From the NCBI RefSeq assembly GCF_054888695.1, contig NZ_CM142671.1: a DNA stretch of 32,000 bases; one strand, written 5' to 3'. Made by a program: the position numbers and the translations under genes. Within the stretch, counting starts at the first letter, position 1; every line of letters begins with the position of its first letter. Under the pieces are notes generated by a model, which had not been told where the DNA came from, ran no database searches, and worked only from the letters and a program-made list of their open reading frames with translations. Shown piece after piece: positions 10,301 to 18,095 of the stretch.

Positions 10301-11558
10301 ATTAAAAACATGGGCAGAGGAGATTAAGTCCTCGTTATACGGAATACAACCAGGTGCAGCGGCAAAAAATCAATCCACGATTGTCACGGACAAAACGATA
10401 TATATCGCTGGGGATAGCATAACGGTAACCGTTGTTCTTAAAGACGCCCAGGGTAACTTTATTACTGATGGTGTCGTTCAGCTTAATGAGGAAAACGTAC
10501 AAGTCAGGAATGCGGATCCTATCCAGGGCAATAATTGGGTTTACAACGGCAATGGGCAATATCAAAGACAGTATATGGCGCATTTTGCGGAAGCGAATTT
10601 GAATGCGCAACTGAAGATGGCTGGTTGGAGCGATGCCAATTATTCAAACAATTACACTATCAAACCAGGTGAAGTGAGTCCGCTTGGTTCACAGCTTCGT
10701 ATACGAGAAGTTTTAGTAGTGGAAGGGGCGGATTTACCTGTCAGTGTTTTATTAGTTGATGATTTTGGAAATCCGGTGGATAACGGTCTGGATTTGCTGG
10801 ATGATACAGTGTACTTACAAAATGTAGAAAAAAAAGAAGGGGAAAAATGGAGATATGTGGGTGATGGCATATATGAACGTACATATATGGCCTACCAAGA
10901 AGGAGAAAATTTAACTTCATTTATGGAGATTAAAGGTTGGCGTATATACGGACAACCATCCTATACCATCCTTCCTTTTGTGGAAGTCGAGTTGCTGAGT
11001 GTTAATGGTGTAAAATTCAGGGCGACAGATGGTTTTCCAGAAACAGGGTTTGATGGTGCAAAATTCACGCTGTTACTAACCCATAATATGAAAAATACGG
11101 ATTATAATTGGACGGCTGGGATTTATGGAATTAATGTTGACAGTAATGGAGAAGTAACATTATCTGTGCTGATAAGAAGTGAAGTTACTATTACCGGGAA
11201 ACCCAAGAATGGTAAAGGGAATGATGTTGTATTTAAATTCAAGATTAAAAAATGGTTTACTAGTTTAGGTGCTACCAGTAGTAATACCTGGGATATCATA
11301 AACACTTCATGTAGCTATGGTCAAATGCCGTCATCTTTAGAATTAGCGCAGCGGCCAAGCGGTGGGGTAGTACCGCGAAAAGTAGGTACGTTGTGGGGCG
11401 AATATGGTAATTTAAAAACTTATGGGAACGCTTTTAGCGGTACGGATTATTGGACAAGCACTCAGCTCATGGGAGTACACGAGAAATTTAATCCTGAAAC
11501 TGGTATATCAGAGCTTGGGACAGGAAAGTCTTCTGGCTTGTGCGTAGAGTATTATTAA
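1293..11558 (+). CDS. C-terminal 3421-aa part of the adhesin: linker, divergent Ig-like domains, 20 near-identical Big-1 repeats, further divergent Ig-like domains, lectin-like C-terminal tip
   Basis: Long ORF with repeated IADLVV..DGSVADGAMANTLRV.VTDAFGN.LAGQTVSVL... units. The ending has two cysteines (NTSCSYGQMPSSLELA...SGLCVEYY), similar to the C-type-lectin-like tip of intimin/invasin. The ATG at 1293 is internal to the native frame and may not be a real start. Confidence 0.8.
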   Translation: MELTLQPGHSLQKQLDPAEVAARRSLVGSRYDLVDRNNNIVLEYRKKELVRLTLTDPLKGKPGEVKSLVSSLQTKYALKGYDIEAASLQSAGGKVAVSGKDIQVTIPPYRFTAMPETDNTYPIAVTAEDSKGNFSRREESMVVVEKPTLSLTDSTLSVDQQILLADGKSTSTLTYTARDSSGKPIPGMTLKTQVKGLQDFALSEWKDNGNGTYTQIVTAGKTSGALSLMPQFNGDDIAKTPALIAIVANTASRADSTIETDQDNYVAGKPIVVKVTLRDDNGNGVTGRKELLKQTVKVDNTKADDVSAWTEESEGIYKASYTAHLIGDKLTAQLTMPGWQTKHSDAFSIAGDKDTAKIAAMQITANNAVARRDHNTVAVTVRDVHQNLLQGQNVTFTVVNGAAVFADPNGGIVTTDKDGIARVNLASDQAVNSLIKAEINGSSQSVEVSFITGDISQLTSTIKTDDVSYTAGGKIKVSVTLMDEQKNLVKGMASLLAGSSVVEVSGTDKNETGNWSEESDGVYTTTRTAKIAGDRHYATLKLSTWSSAQQSDAYAIRESGAVLAYSSIVTDKTAYTAGGAIKVTVTLKDSYENLVGGQRDAINLAIQLPNTKAESIAWNEDQKGIYTATYTALLPGTGLKAQLQMSGWANALTSNDYSISGDAASAQIVAMQVTTGNPDVLANGSDRHTVNVRVEDQFGNVLPEQTVTFTVTKGAAVFANAGQSADIRTDAHGMAEVDLSSTVADASTVEAKINQSSDSKTVNFVADVSTAQVAELVVTQDGSVADGATANTLRARVTDAFGNALAGQTVSVLAGNGATTAPTVTTQPDGTVEISVTSQTAGTSVITASVNSSTASRNVTFVADVRTAKIADLVVIKDGSVADGAMANTLRVKITDAFGNTLAGQTVSVLADNGATTAPTVTTQPDGTVEISVTSQTAGVSAVTATINNSSLSRNVTFVADVRTAQIASLEVTQDNSVADGTMANTLRVKITDAFGNTLGGQTVSVLADNGATTAPTVTTQPDGTVEISVTSQTAGVSAVTATINSSTQSQNVTFIADVRTAKIADLVVIKDGSEADGATANTLRARVTDAFGNTLAGQTVSVMAGNGATVAPTVITEPDGTAEISVTSQTAGVSAVTASINNSSQSRDVTFIADVRTAKIADLVVTRDNSVADGAMANTLRVRVTDAFGNTLAGQTVSVLADNGATVAPTVITGQDGTVEISVTSQTAGISTVTATINNSSLSRNVTFVADVRTAQIADLVVIKDGAVADGAMANTLRVEVTDAFGNALAGQTVSVTADNSATVTPTVTTQPDGTVEISVTSQTAGISAVTASINSSSQSRNVTFVADVRTAQIADLVVTQDDSVADGAMANTLRVRVTDAFGNVLAGQTVSVLAGNGATTAPTVTTQPDGTVEISVTSQTAGISAVTATINNSTASQNVMFIADVRTAKIADLVVTRDNSVADGTMANTLRVKITDAFGNTLGGQTVSVLADNGATTAPTVTTQPDGTVEISVTSQTAGTSAVTASINSSSQSRDVTFIADVRTAKIADLVVIKDGSVADGAMANMLRARVTDAFGNTLAGQTVSVLADNGATTAPTVTTQPDGTVEISVTSQTAGTSAVTASINSSTASRNVTFVADVRTAKIADLVVIKDGSVADGAMANTLRVKITDAFGNTLAGQTVSVLADNGATTAPTVTTQPDGTVEISVTSQTAGISAVTATINNSTASQNVMFIADVRTAKIADLVVTRDNSVADGAMANTLQVKVTDANGNTLAGQTVSVLADNSATTAPTVITEPDGMVEISVTSQTAGTSAVTASINNSSLSQSVKFIADVSTAQIAMLEVTQDNAVADGAMANTLQVKVTDAFGNALSGQTVSVLAGNGATVAPTVITEPDGTAEIPVTSQTAGVSAVTASINSSSQSRNVTFVADVRTAQIADLVVIKDGSEADGATANTLRARVTDAFGNALAGQTVSVLADNGATTAPTVITEPDGTVEISVTSQTAGTSAVTASINNSSQSRNVTFIADVRTAQIADLVVIKDGSEADGATANTLRARVTDAFGNALAGQTVSVLAGNGATVAPTVITGQDGTVEISVTSQTAGVSAVTATINNSSQSRNVTFVADVRTAQIADLVVIKDGSEADGATANTLRARVTDAFGNALAGQTVSVLAGNGATVAPTVITGQDGTVEISVTSQTAGVSAVTATINNSSQSRNVTFVADVRTAQIADLVVIKDDSVADGSTANTLRARVTDAFGNMLAGQTVSVLADNGATTAPTVITEPDGTVEISVTSQTAGISAVTASINNSSQSRNVTFIADVRMAQIASLEVTQDNSVADGTMANTLQVKVTDANGNALAGQTVSVLADNGATIAPTVTTQPDGTVEISVTSQTAGISTVTASINNSSLSRNVTFIADVSTAKIADLVVIKDGSEADGSTANTLQVKVTDANGNTLAGQTVSVLAGNSATVTPTVTTKPDGTVEISVTSQTAGISAVTASINSSSQSRDVTFIADVRTAKIAELEVIRDNAVADGSTANTLQVKVTDANGNALAGQTVSVLADNGATVAPTVITEPDGTVEISVTSQTAGISAVTASINSSSQSRDVTFIADVRTAKIAELEVIRDNAVADGSTANTLQVKVTDANGNTLAGQTVSVLAGNSATVASTVTTKPDGTVEISVTSQTAGTSTVTASINNSSQSQNVTFVPGDASRLTSTVETNKSNYTVGETITITVTLRDAFDNLVTGAASQLAADGVLTVAGTDPSETGSWVESGGVYTTTRMATIASTNQHANLQLQTWSDGVTSDRYDIQSGSPAQATSTIATDKNAYTAGDTITVAVTLKDAHGNLVEGGESLLSGDNVTVEGAVRSGGWSETAGVYTATWSAQMAGDSHHATLKLSEWGSSKQSESYSIHSGAPVQANSAIRTDKSAYIAGEPLTVTITLRDEFGNPALGLTSEVIESYIDSFAVGGATPDSMRWVEQNNGEYTIVWTAWVAEENLVASLKLKTWAEEIKSSLYGIQPGAAAKNQSTIVTDKTIYIAGDSITVTVVLKDAQGNFITDGVVQLNEENVQVRNADPIQGNNWVYNGNGQYQRQYMAHFAEANLNAQLKMAGWSDANYSNNYTIKPGEVSPLGSQLRIREVLVVEGADLPVSVLLVDDFGNPVDNGLDLLDDTVYLQNVEKKEGEKWRYVGDGIYERTYMAYQEGENLTSFMEIKGWRIYGQPSYTILPFVEVELLSVNGVKFRATDGFPETGFDGAKFTLLLTHNMKNTDYNWTAGIYGINVDSNGEVTLSVLIRSEVTITGKPKNGKGNDVVFKFKIKKWFTSLGATSSNTWDIINTSCSYGQMPSSLELAQRPSGGVVPRKVGTLWGEYGNLKTYGNAFSGTDYWTSTQLMGVHEKFNPETGISELGTGKSSGLCVEYY
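3612..9431 (+). repeat. Tandem array of 20 in-register 291-bp (97-aa) Big-1-type repeats
   Basis: Repeat 1 aligns at the gcggagctg codons at 3612 and repeat 20 at the gctgaactg codons at 9141; the difference is 5529 = 19 x 291. The 20 motif copies can be counted in the protein with no visible indels. Phase of the unit boundary is arbitrary. Confidence 0.95.
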
Positions 11559-11571
11559 CGAAATAATTACT

Positions 11572-11599
11572 AAATTGCCCTGCATCAGCAGGGCAATTT
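11572..11599. terminator. Shared bidirectional terminator-like hairpin between the convergent air and eilA genes
   Basis: Perfect 11-bp stem AAATTGCCCTG / CAGGGCAATTT with 6-nt loop, lying between the ORF ends at 11558 and 11610. Confidence 0.75.
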
Positions 11600-11609
11600 A
11601 TATTCGTCA

Positions 11610-13307
11610 TTACGCAGAAGTACGCATCACACCAATAGTATTAAATTCGTTTTTCACACTGAGTAAACGGGGGTCATGAAGCAAAACATTTGACCATAAA
11701 TCATTCTCTTTAATTAATTGTTGCCAGCGCTTTTCATATTCTTTCTTACCATAAACAGTGTAAATTAACGGCAAAATCACACCATTGATTTTGTTAGTGT
11801 TAATATTTGCCAGTAACTTCATAATGTCATTTTTTATAGATGCGCCATAGATCAGAAACTTCGTATAAAGCGAGTTAACGCAGGTGTAATCAAGACCATG
11901 TTCAGGTTCAAGTTTAAGCAATAAACTTTTGGCTTTGTCATTATGTCCTTTCAGTGCCATGAACATAGCCAGAATAGAGGTAATAATTGGATTGTTACAG
12001 GTGTTTTGACTGTTAAGATTTAATGCAAAAGATATCGCGTTATCGAGGGGGGATGTATAATAAAGTATCATTAATTTAAGAATGCTTATGCCCATTTTAT
12101 TGGGTTCAAGAGCAATGCTTTTTTCTATTAAATTAAATGCTCTTGCAAGGTCGCCGTTCAAAAAATATAGCAGCGACTGATAATAATAAACGTCTGGCGA
12201 ATTAGGTTTGAGTAAATGTGCTTGTTTAAATAGCACATTAGAGACTGAATGTTCATCTTTTAGCCCACTGATTAAACCCAGTAAACCCAATGCCTGAGAA
12301 TTTGAAGGGTTAATTTCCAGAGCCTTTTCAATGGAGGTTACTGCCGTAGTTATTGCTTGTTTTTGTTCACTGATTCCAAGGAGTGCTAATGATATATGGC
12401 ATTCCGCCAGGCAACAGTAGGGCAAGGTATTTTGCGGTTGCGTACTCACACAATCTCTAAATATTACTAATGCTCGTTTCAAACTTTCTGGTGTATAACG
12501 GTACATTTCCATCCTGCCATTCATATACATAACAGCAGAATCCAGAGATGGCATTTGTTGTGTATTAATAGATTTAAAATTAATGTTGGGTATTTTTTCA
12601 ATAAGAATATTAATTACTTGTGATAATAATACGGAAAGAGGATTATCGGGGTTGAAATCAATACTTTGATGATCAATCAATTTATGCGTTCTGGCATGGA
12701 TTAACTCAATAAATAAACGCCAGTTTTTACCATAGTGAACGACCTGACCCATAATATAATATTCTGGACCTGTTTTATTGATAAACTGATGGATGGTGGA
12801 GAAATCACTGGCCTCATTTGTTACCGAAGCGGGTAAAATATCTAAACCACAAAAAGCATATTTTGAAAGGCCCTGGACAAGTTCGTAATGGAGTTTTAGA
12901 ACATTGATCGAACCTTCAGTACGAAAGGGAAAAACGGCAAGAGTGGTGGTCGACTTTACCGGTTCATTATCGGTCACAATCACAATAGGTACAGTAAAAC
13001 GGTATCCACGACCATAGACCGTTTCGATATACTTACACTGTTTATTCTCATGCAAAAGTTTGCGCAATGCATAAATACATCGTGTTAGAGATTCATCACT
13101 GGCAACACTCGCGCTCCAGACCTTATCGATAATCTCTTCTTTGCTAACAATTTCACCGTCAGCATTAAGTAATAGAATGATAACGCCAAGTTCTTTCGGG
13201 GGAATATGATATTCTTTGTTTTTGAATAATAATATTCCATTGTTTTTTAATACAAAGTCGCCAAATATATATTGTTGTGTATTATTTTTTCCATGTTGCA
13301 GTTGCAT
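11610..13307 (-). CDS. eilA: HilA-like transcriptional regulator (OmpR/PhoB-type winged helix, TPR-like C-terminal part)
   Basis: N-terminus YIFGDFVLKNNGILLFKNKEYHIPPKELGVIILLLNADGEIVSKEEIIDKVW...RCIYALRKLL...YIETVYGRGYRF is a winged-helix DNA-binding signature with HilA-like architecture. AAGGAG lies upstream of the start. Syntenic with T3SS translocator genes. Confidence 0.85.
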   Translation of the reverse strand: MQLQHGKNNTQQYIFGDFVLKNNGILLFKNKEYHIPPKELGVIILLLNADGEIVSKEEIIDKVWSASVASDESLTRCIYALRKLLHENKQCKYIETVYGRGYRFTVPIVIVTDNEPVKSTTTLAVFPFRTEGSINVLKLHYELVQGLSKYAFCGLDILPASVTNEASDFSTIHQFINKTGPEYYIMGQVVHYGKNWRLFIELIHARTHKLIDHQSIDFNPDNPLSVLLSQVINILIEKIPNINFKSINTQQMPSLDSAVMYMNGRMEMYRYTPESLKRALVIFRDCVSTQPQNTLPYCCLAECHISLALLGISEQKQAITTAVTSIEKALEINPSNSQALGLLGLISGLKDEHSVSNVLFKQAHLLKPNSPDVYYYQSLLYFLNGDLARAFNLIEKSIALEPNKMGISILKLMILYYTSPLDNAISFALNLNSQNTCNNPIITSILAMFMALKGHNDKAKSLLLKLEPEHGLDYTCVNSLYTKFLIYGASIKNDIMKLLANINTNKINGVILPLIYTVYGKKEYEKRWQQLIKENDLWSNVLLHDPRLLSVKNEFNTIGVMRTSA

Positions 13308-13455
13308 AGAACGCTCCTTCCGTTTTCTCTATTCATAGTATTAATTTGATTAATATAAAATAAAGTATTGGCAGAATTGCTCTATCAAAAAACGCTCATT
13401 TTGTAAGATTGTGATGAAGAAATGAATGAAAGCTGATGCTTAATAATATGAAACG

Positions 13456-13478
13456 CTGGTCCCATTTTTCGGGACCAG
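13456..13478 (-). terminator. Candidate terminator downstream of eipD
   Basis: 8-bp perfect stem CTGGTCCC / GGGACCAG with 7-nt loop, ~30 nt beyond the eipD stop. The U-tract is weak. Confidence 0.45.
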
Positions 13479-13509
13479 ATAGTGGGCGATAATTGTGGGT
13501 ATTACTTAA

Positions 13510-14859
13510 TCAGAAACGTAAATAATCTTTCGCTGAATCAAACAACGCAGTAATGGTTGAAGATAATAATTTGATAATTGTATCGTAGGTGGAGTTGGCT
13601 GTACTGTATTTAGTCGTGATAACCTGCACGTCGGTTTTCATGTTTTCTGCCTGGCCGTTATAACCCGCCAGCCATGCCTGGTATTCAGCTGTGCTTATTT
13701 CATAACCGGTGAATTCTTTAGATATATTTTTTTCCTTCCCTTTATCGTCCCTATGCACCATTGAGTCTGAAGACTGACTCATACTGTCAATAATCTGAGG
13801 GTTGGGAATAATAACATACAGACCGCTACCTTGCGGTTCAACTTCGACAATCGGAGAAGGTGTGCGGTGTTTGGGATCGGGTGGAATTACCGGAAGTCCT
13901 AAAGCGGCGCACCATTTTTCTGCTTCTTCTAGTGGTACACTAATTTTGTCAGCAGGTGCCGGAGGGTATAAAACATAGTCTGGATTGTAATGATAGTGGA
14001 AATCACCATTAGGATATTTATCGATATAATAAAAATGCATCAAGGCTTTTTGGAATGCATTGACGTCAAAAACTATCGCATCGCCTTTTTTATTAGAGTG
14101 AGTCCATTTTCCCATATTGCTTTGGATATGTTCACTGAAGTCCTGCCAGTATGCGCTCATTATCTCAACGCTATTTGCATAGATTTCGAGGTAGTCGCTA
14201 CCGAGCACACTCATCAAATCAGCAATATCACTGCATATATATTTATCACTTTTAAATTCGTTTGAACTACTGGCCGTTAAAGTACTGCTGGTTGCTGAAC
14301 TTCTCATTTCAGGCGCAGAACTCTCTAAAGAAGCGATAGCGTGATTTAAGGTACCTTTGGTCGATGCCATTGCACTTGACCCGGTTGTGTTGTGAGCAAC
14401 GTTAGCCAGGGTTTTTCTCACAGAGTTATGCAGGGTCAATATTGTAGCGGTATCCTTTAATTTTACGTCAATAGTATTAACATTTTCTGTAAGCTGCAGA
14501 ACGTTTTTTATCAGCAAATAACTTTCGTGTAAGAGCGCGGATCCTTTCTCTGACAGGTTCTCAGTTGGGAAATTTCTGAGCATGTTTTTAACGAAGTTAA
14601 GCTGTATGTCATGCTGGCATTTCCAGTCTTCATTTCGCGGGCCACGTTCACTGACTAAAGTTGATAGTTTTTCAACATCTTTCTTGAGCATAGCGCCAAT
14701 ATTATTATCCTTACTGGCGCTGTTATACAAATTACCCTCGCTTTTGCTGTTTCCCAGTTGATGAGGCTCCTCACTTTGCGAGGATGCCTCTTGAAGAGGA
14801 ATGTTTGCATTCTGCTGACGTAGAATATCTATATTTAAATTATTATCTTTATTAATCAT
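13510..14859 (-). CDS. eipD: T3SS tip/translocator protein, SipD/IpaD-like
   Basis: 449-aa ORF in sipBCD-like order; ends ...ALFDSAKDYLRF. AAGGAGG is upstream of the ATG. Confidence 0.8.
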   Translation of the reverse strand: MINKDNNLNIDILRQQNANIPLQEASSQSEEPHQLGNSKSEGNLYNSASKDNNIGAMLKKDVEKLSTLVSERGPRNEDWKCQHDIQLNFVKNMLRNFPTENLSEKGSALLHESYLLIKNVLQLTENVNTIDVKLKDTATILTLHNSVRKTLANVAHNTTGSSAMASTKGTLNHAIASLESSAPEMRSSATSSTLTASSSNEFKSDKYICSDIADLMSVLGSDYLEIYANSVEIMSAYWQDFSEHIQSNMGKWTHSNKKGDAIVFDVNAFQKALMHFYYIDKYPNGDFHYHYNPDYVLYPPAPADKISVPLEEAEKWCAALGLPVIPPDPKHRTPSPIVEVEPQGSGLYVIIPNPQIIDSMSQSSDSMVHRDDKGKEKNISKEFTGYEISTAEYQAWLAGYNGQAENMKTDVQVITTKYSTANSTYDTIIKLLSSTITALFDSAKDYLRF

Positions 14860-14902
14860 GTGTCATTCCTCCTTAAATATAAGAAACTATTATTGCAATA
14901 AT

Positions 14903-16054
14903 TTATGAGCGAATTCCTTGAACAATAGCACTATCAGTATCAATAATGGTTTGTATTATTTGCTGTAATAAATTGAGTGCCTGATCTCTTCCTTGAACAT
15001 CACGATTAATTGGATCCAGATAGCTACTCATAACTGAATGCATGACATTTTTAGCCTGTTCAACAATGTCTTTTTCTGCATGAGTAGTACTTTCTAGAAT
15101 TCTAAGTGATGCTTGAGTTGATTGATTAACAAGCTGTGAAAGTACATCTGCTTTACCTATAGTAAAATATTTATTATATTTCCTGTTATGTTTTATACTA
15201 ATACGCTCGTTTTTATCTCTAATTTTTTCTTCCGTAGTTTCTTTTTCTTTATCGTAATATTTCAGGGTCTCTTCTTTTTGTTCTTCATCAAGTGTTGTAT
15301 CTTTCGTTGTTGTTTTTATTTCTTCATCTATTTGCTTGAGATAAGCTTGTTGATCTTGAACTTCCCTTTTTAATCCTCGCTGTGTTTTATCATCAGTTCC
15401 ACTGATAGTGTGCTTCTGATCAGGTGTAAGGGTTTGCATCTTTTCGGGATGGCTTCTGAAATTTGCTACAACAGATGCTGCAGCTCCAGCTGCGCCAACT
15501 GTTGACCCGGCAAGAACACCTGCCGAACTTGCCATTGTGGCGTGTACGGTTTCTGTTTTCTGATACTGGACAAGTTGTTCAAAAACGTTGCTCATAATAG
15601 CCTCAGACATAGCAGAGGCTTTATACATTGATGTGAATACCCTTAAAAATTCCTCCATAACAGCCTGTTGTCGCATGGTCAAATTATCTAGCATATCAAG
15701 GATATTATATTTAGATATTTTAATAGAACTCTGTTCTGCAGAACTGCTTGATTGACTGGATGAAATTGTAGCTTGGTCAAGGTCACCCCTCAAATTATCT
15801 AGCGTACTCCTTGAGTAATTAAGATTATCCAATAGTTTTACTCTTAGTTCCGGACAGACTTCTCTGTCTGTATTTTTTAATATTATAAACTGAGAGCTTA
15901 TGTCATGATTAATATCTTTAAGGTTATAGTATTGCACAATTTTATTATCATTTGGTATGTTGTTTTTTTTACTATAATCTCTATCAAAGATTGTTTTATC
16001 AAGACTGTTAATATTAGATGTGCTGGACGCATTTTTAATTTCATAGGTGGCCAT
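14903..16054 (-). CDS. eipC: T3SS translocator, SipC/IpaC-like
   Basis: 383-aa ORF between SipB-like and SipD-like genes, with a central hydrophobic segment (ASSAGVLAGSTVGAAGAAASVVANF). AGAGGG lies upstream of the ATG. Confidence 0.75.
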   Translation of the reverse strand: MATYEIKNASSTSNINSLDKTIFDRDYSKKNNIPNDNKIVQYYNLKDINHDISSQFIILKNTDREVCPELRVKLLDNLNYSRSTLDNLRGDLDQATISSSQSSSSAEQSSIKISKYNILDMLDNLTMRQQAVMEEFLRVFTSMYKASAMSEAIMSNVFEQLVQYQKTETVHATMASSAGVLAGSTVGAAGAAASVVANFRSHPEKMQTLTPDQKHTISGTDDKTQRGLKREVQDQQAYLKQIDEEIKTTTKDTTLDEEQKEETLKYYDKEKETTEEKIRDKNERISIKHNRKYNKYFTIGKADVLSQLVNQSTQASLRILESTTHAEKDIVEQAKNVMHSVMSSYLDPINRDVQGRDQALNLLQQIIQTIIDTDSAIVQGIRS

Positions 16055-16066
16055 GTTAAAACCCTC

Positions 16067-17848
16067 TTATACGATAGAATGGGAAGCAAATTTTAAGGCT
16101 TCAGTTCGGTGTTGTAATACTCGTACCATCTGGCTTACCTCTTGTTCGACGGTTTTATCCACCCTTTGCAATACTGAAAGCATTTGTTCACGCGTTTTTG
16201 ATAGAATACTCATGTCCTGTTGTAAAATTGCCATGTCGGCAGAGTTTCCAGCAACAAAACAATTCATCGTCGATGTTGCTATTGCACAGATGAGTAAGCC
16301 TATTTTCTCCAGGCCATTACTTATTTTGGCAATCAACTTCAACACTACGGCTGATGTTTGTAGCACGCTGCATACGCTGTCTAATACCTTTATAATATTT
16401 TTTGAAACTGAATTAATAATTGATTCAATGGTTGATTTTATAGTGCTTGTTATTACTTTGGTGACTTCTTCGGCGGCTGTTTTTGATAATGCAGAAACAA
16501 CGGCCCCTATTGCTACAGAACATATTACAGCTGCACCAATCATTACTGTCGCCATGACAATAGAAGCGGCTGCACTTGCGTAAATACTTTTAACCAGTTC
16601 AATCGTATCTTGATCGACACCAATAACGTCCAGAAGCGCGGTGATTGCGAGCAGAGTGGGATCAACTGTTTTAATCGCAGCCGAAAGACCTTCTACAACT
16701 TTCCCTAAAATCCAGCCGGTAGCCGTGGTGCCCAGAGCGATTTGACAAGTGATATCTACACCTAATACTACTGCGCCCGCTATTCCTCCAATAAGTGCCA
16801 ATGCACCCGCAATACTTGAACCACCACTTGGAACTGCAGCAAGAAGACCAACAACAATTAAGACTGCGCTTACGGCAAAGGTAACTACAGTTACACACTC
16901 ATTAACGATTTTTAAAACTTTAGTCGTGGTAGTATATTTACGTGCTGTTTCATTGAGTTTATTTTCCCTGACATGGTTAATCTCTTTCATTACCTCAGAT
17001 TGATTTTTAATAGAGTCGCAATTGGTATCACCAATAACTTCCATTACTGAAGTAATCAAAAGGATAAATGTGGCTGTCGCGTTTCTATTTTTCTGGTTTT
17101 CCTGTGTCAGGCAAATATTGGTGGTGAAGTTATTAATCTGTTCTTGCTGTTGAATTTCGTCAAAAATTTCCATACTTTGGCCGATCGCAGCATCAGCATC
17201 CATAATGGCTGTATTTAACGATTTCTCAGCTAACGATTTTTTTTGTAATGACAGCGTGAGTGTTTTTTCAGCCGCATTTTTTTGCGTCAGTACTTTATTA
17301 TATTGCGGATCGCCAGGTTGCAGTTGCGACAGCTCTTGATTCAATGTGTTGACTTTTTTCTCCAGCGATTGCACCTTTTTATCGACCGCATTGTAATTAT
17401 TATTGGCCTGATGCATGATATCGTCGGCTTTTTGCGCATCATCTAATGACGAGGAATAAGCGTCACTTAATTCACGAAACTTATTATGTGCCATTTCGTG
17501 TCGAAGCAGGGTGCTGTCAAGGTTATTATGCAAACGTGTTGTAATATCCTGATCGGCAATGCCTGTTAAATTACCCAAAATCATTGTCAGGCGGGCATCA
17601 TTCGTCTTTGCTGTAGTGGCGTTGTCTGAATCTGAAACCTGTATTTCAGGCGGAGCAAGCATCGGTTTGTTTTCAAGACGAGCGCGAATATCGTTATCAA
17701 GGGATTTCGGGTTTTTATTAAGCCGCATGGGATCAACTTGCGTTTTGCTGCTGTCCTGCAGTCTTTTTTCCGCATCGCTATACTGTGTACGCAATGTTTC
17801 ACTGATTTGTTCAAACGTGATCGTTTGTCCCGTAATCGGTGCCGACAT
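16067..17848 (-). CDS. eipB: T3SS translocator pore protein, SipB/IpaB-like
   Basis: 593-aa ORF with an N-terminal coiled-coil region and large hydrophobic segments (VVTFAVSAVLIVVGLLAAVPSGGSSIAGALALIGGIAGAVVLG...). Very strong RBS (AAGGAGGTGAATT-ATG). Confidence 0.85.
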   Translation of the reverse strand: MSAPITGQTITFEQISETLRTQYSDAEKRLQDSSKTQVDPMRLNKNPKSLDNDIRARLENKPMLAPPEIQVSDSDNATTAKTNDARLTMILGNLTGIADQDITTRLHNNLDSTLLRHEMAHNKFRELSDAYSSSLDDAQKADDIMHQANNNYNAVDKKVQSLEKKVNTLNQELSQLQPGDPQYNKVLTQKNAAEKTLTLSLQKKSLAEKSLNTAIMDADAAIGQSMEIFDEIQQQEQINNFTTNICLTQENQKNRNATATFILLITSVMEVIGDTNCDSIKNQSEVMKEINHVRENKLNETARKYTTTTKVLKIVNECVTVVTFAVSAVLIVVGLLAAVPSGGSSIAGALALIGGIAGAVVLGVDITCQIALGTTATGWILGKVVEGLSAAIKTVDPTLLAITALLDVIGVDQDTIELVKSIYASAAASIVMATVMIGAAVICSVAIGAVVSALSKTAAEEVTKVITSTIKSTIESIINSVSKNIIKVLDSVCSVLQTSAVVLKLIAKISNGLEKIGLLICAIATSTMNCFVAGNSADMAILQQDMSILSKTREQMLSVLQRVDKTVEQEVSQMVRVLQHRTEALKFASHSIV

Positions 17849-17903
17849 AATTCACCTCCTTTTTAAGCTATCATCGGGTGTAATTAATTCTTTTTTATTT
17901 AAC

Positions 17904-18086
17904 TCATGGCAGATGTTTATTCCCATCTAAAATGGCATCAACGGGAAAGTAAGTAATGTGTTTATTGTTATTCTTCTCATTTATTTTATCGCCATGGTTA
18001 TTTTTTAAATCAACTGTGCCTTCCTCATGATATTTCCTGGCTAACTCTTCAGACGTAAAAGAAGCGTTTTTTCCGTTTATGTTCAT
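17904..18086 (-). CDS. Small ORF (60 aa) of unknown function between the chaperone and translocator genes
   Basis: MNINGKNASFTSEELARKYHEEGTVDLKNNHGDKINEKNNNKHITYFPVDAILDGNKHLP. It starts 9 nt after the eicA TGA and shares its direction. RBS is weak; coding status is uncertain. Confidence 0.45.
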   Translation of the reverse strand: MNINGKNASFTSEELARKYHEEGTVDLKNNHGDKINEKNNNKHITYFPVDAILDGNKHLP

Positions 18087-18095
18087 TTTGCCGAC

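Larger units (their letters stand above)
139..11558 (+). pseudogene. air: Giant inverse autotransporter adhesin (intimin/invasin family, Air/EaeX-like), interrupted by a frameshift near 1231
   Basis: ORF 139..1302 encodes a signal-like segment (RLTAGICLITQTIFPVMAAA), a LysM-like segment (IPYTLGALESPSTVAARFGITVDELRRLNQF) and an intimin-type beta-domain. ORF 1293..11558, in another frame, continues with the linker (MELTLQPGHSLQKQLDP...RYDLVDRNNNIVLEYRKKE) and many Ig-like domains. Reading that second frame upstream from 1293 to 1233 is open and gives ISFSAEQRQGKQGENDTRIG, the expected barrel end. The neighbouring eilA/eip genes support the air assignment. Confidence 0.85.

Noticed and set aside
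16047-16583. 178-aa plus-strand ORF antisense to eipB
   Set aside because: Antisense to a well-supported SipB-like gene; its composition mirrors the hydrophobic coding region on the other strand.
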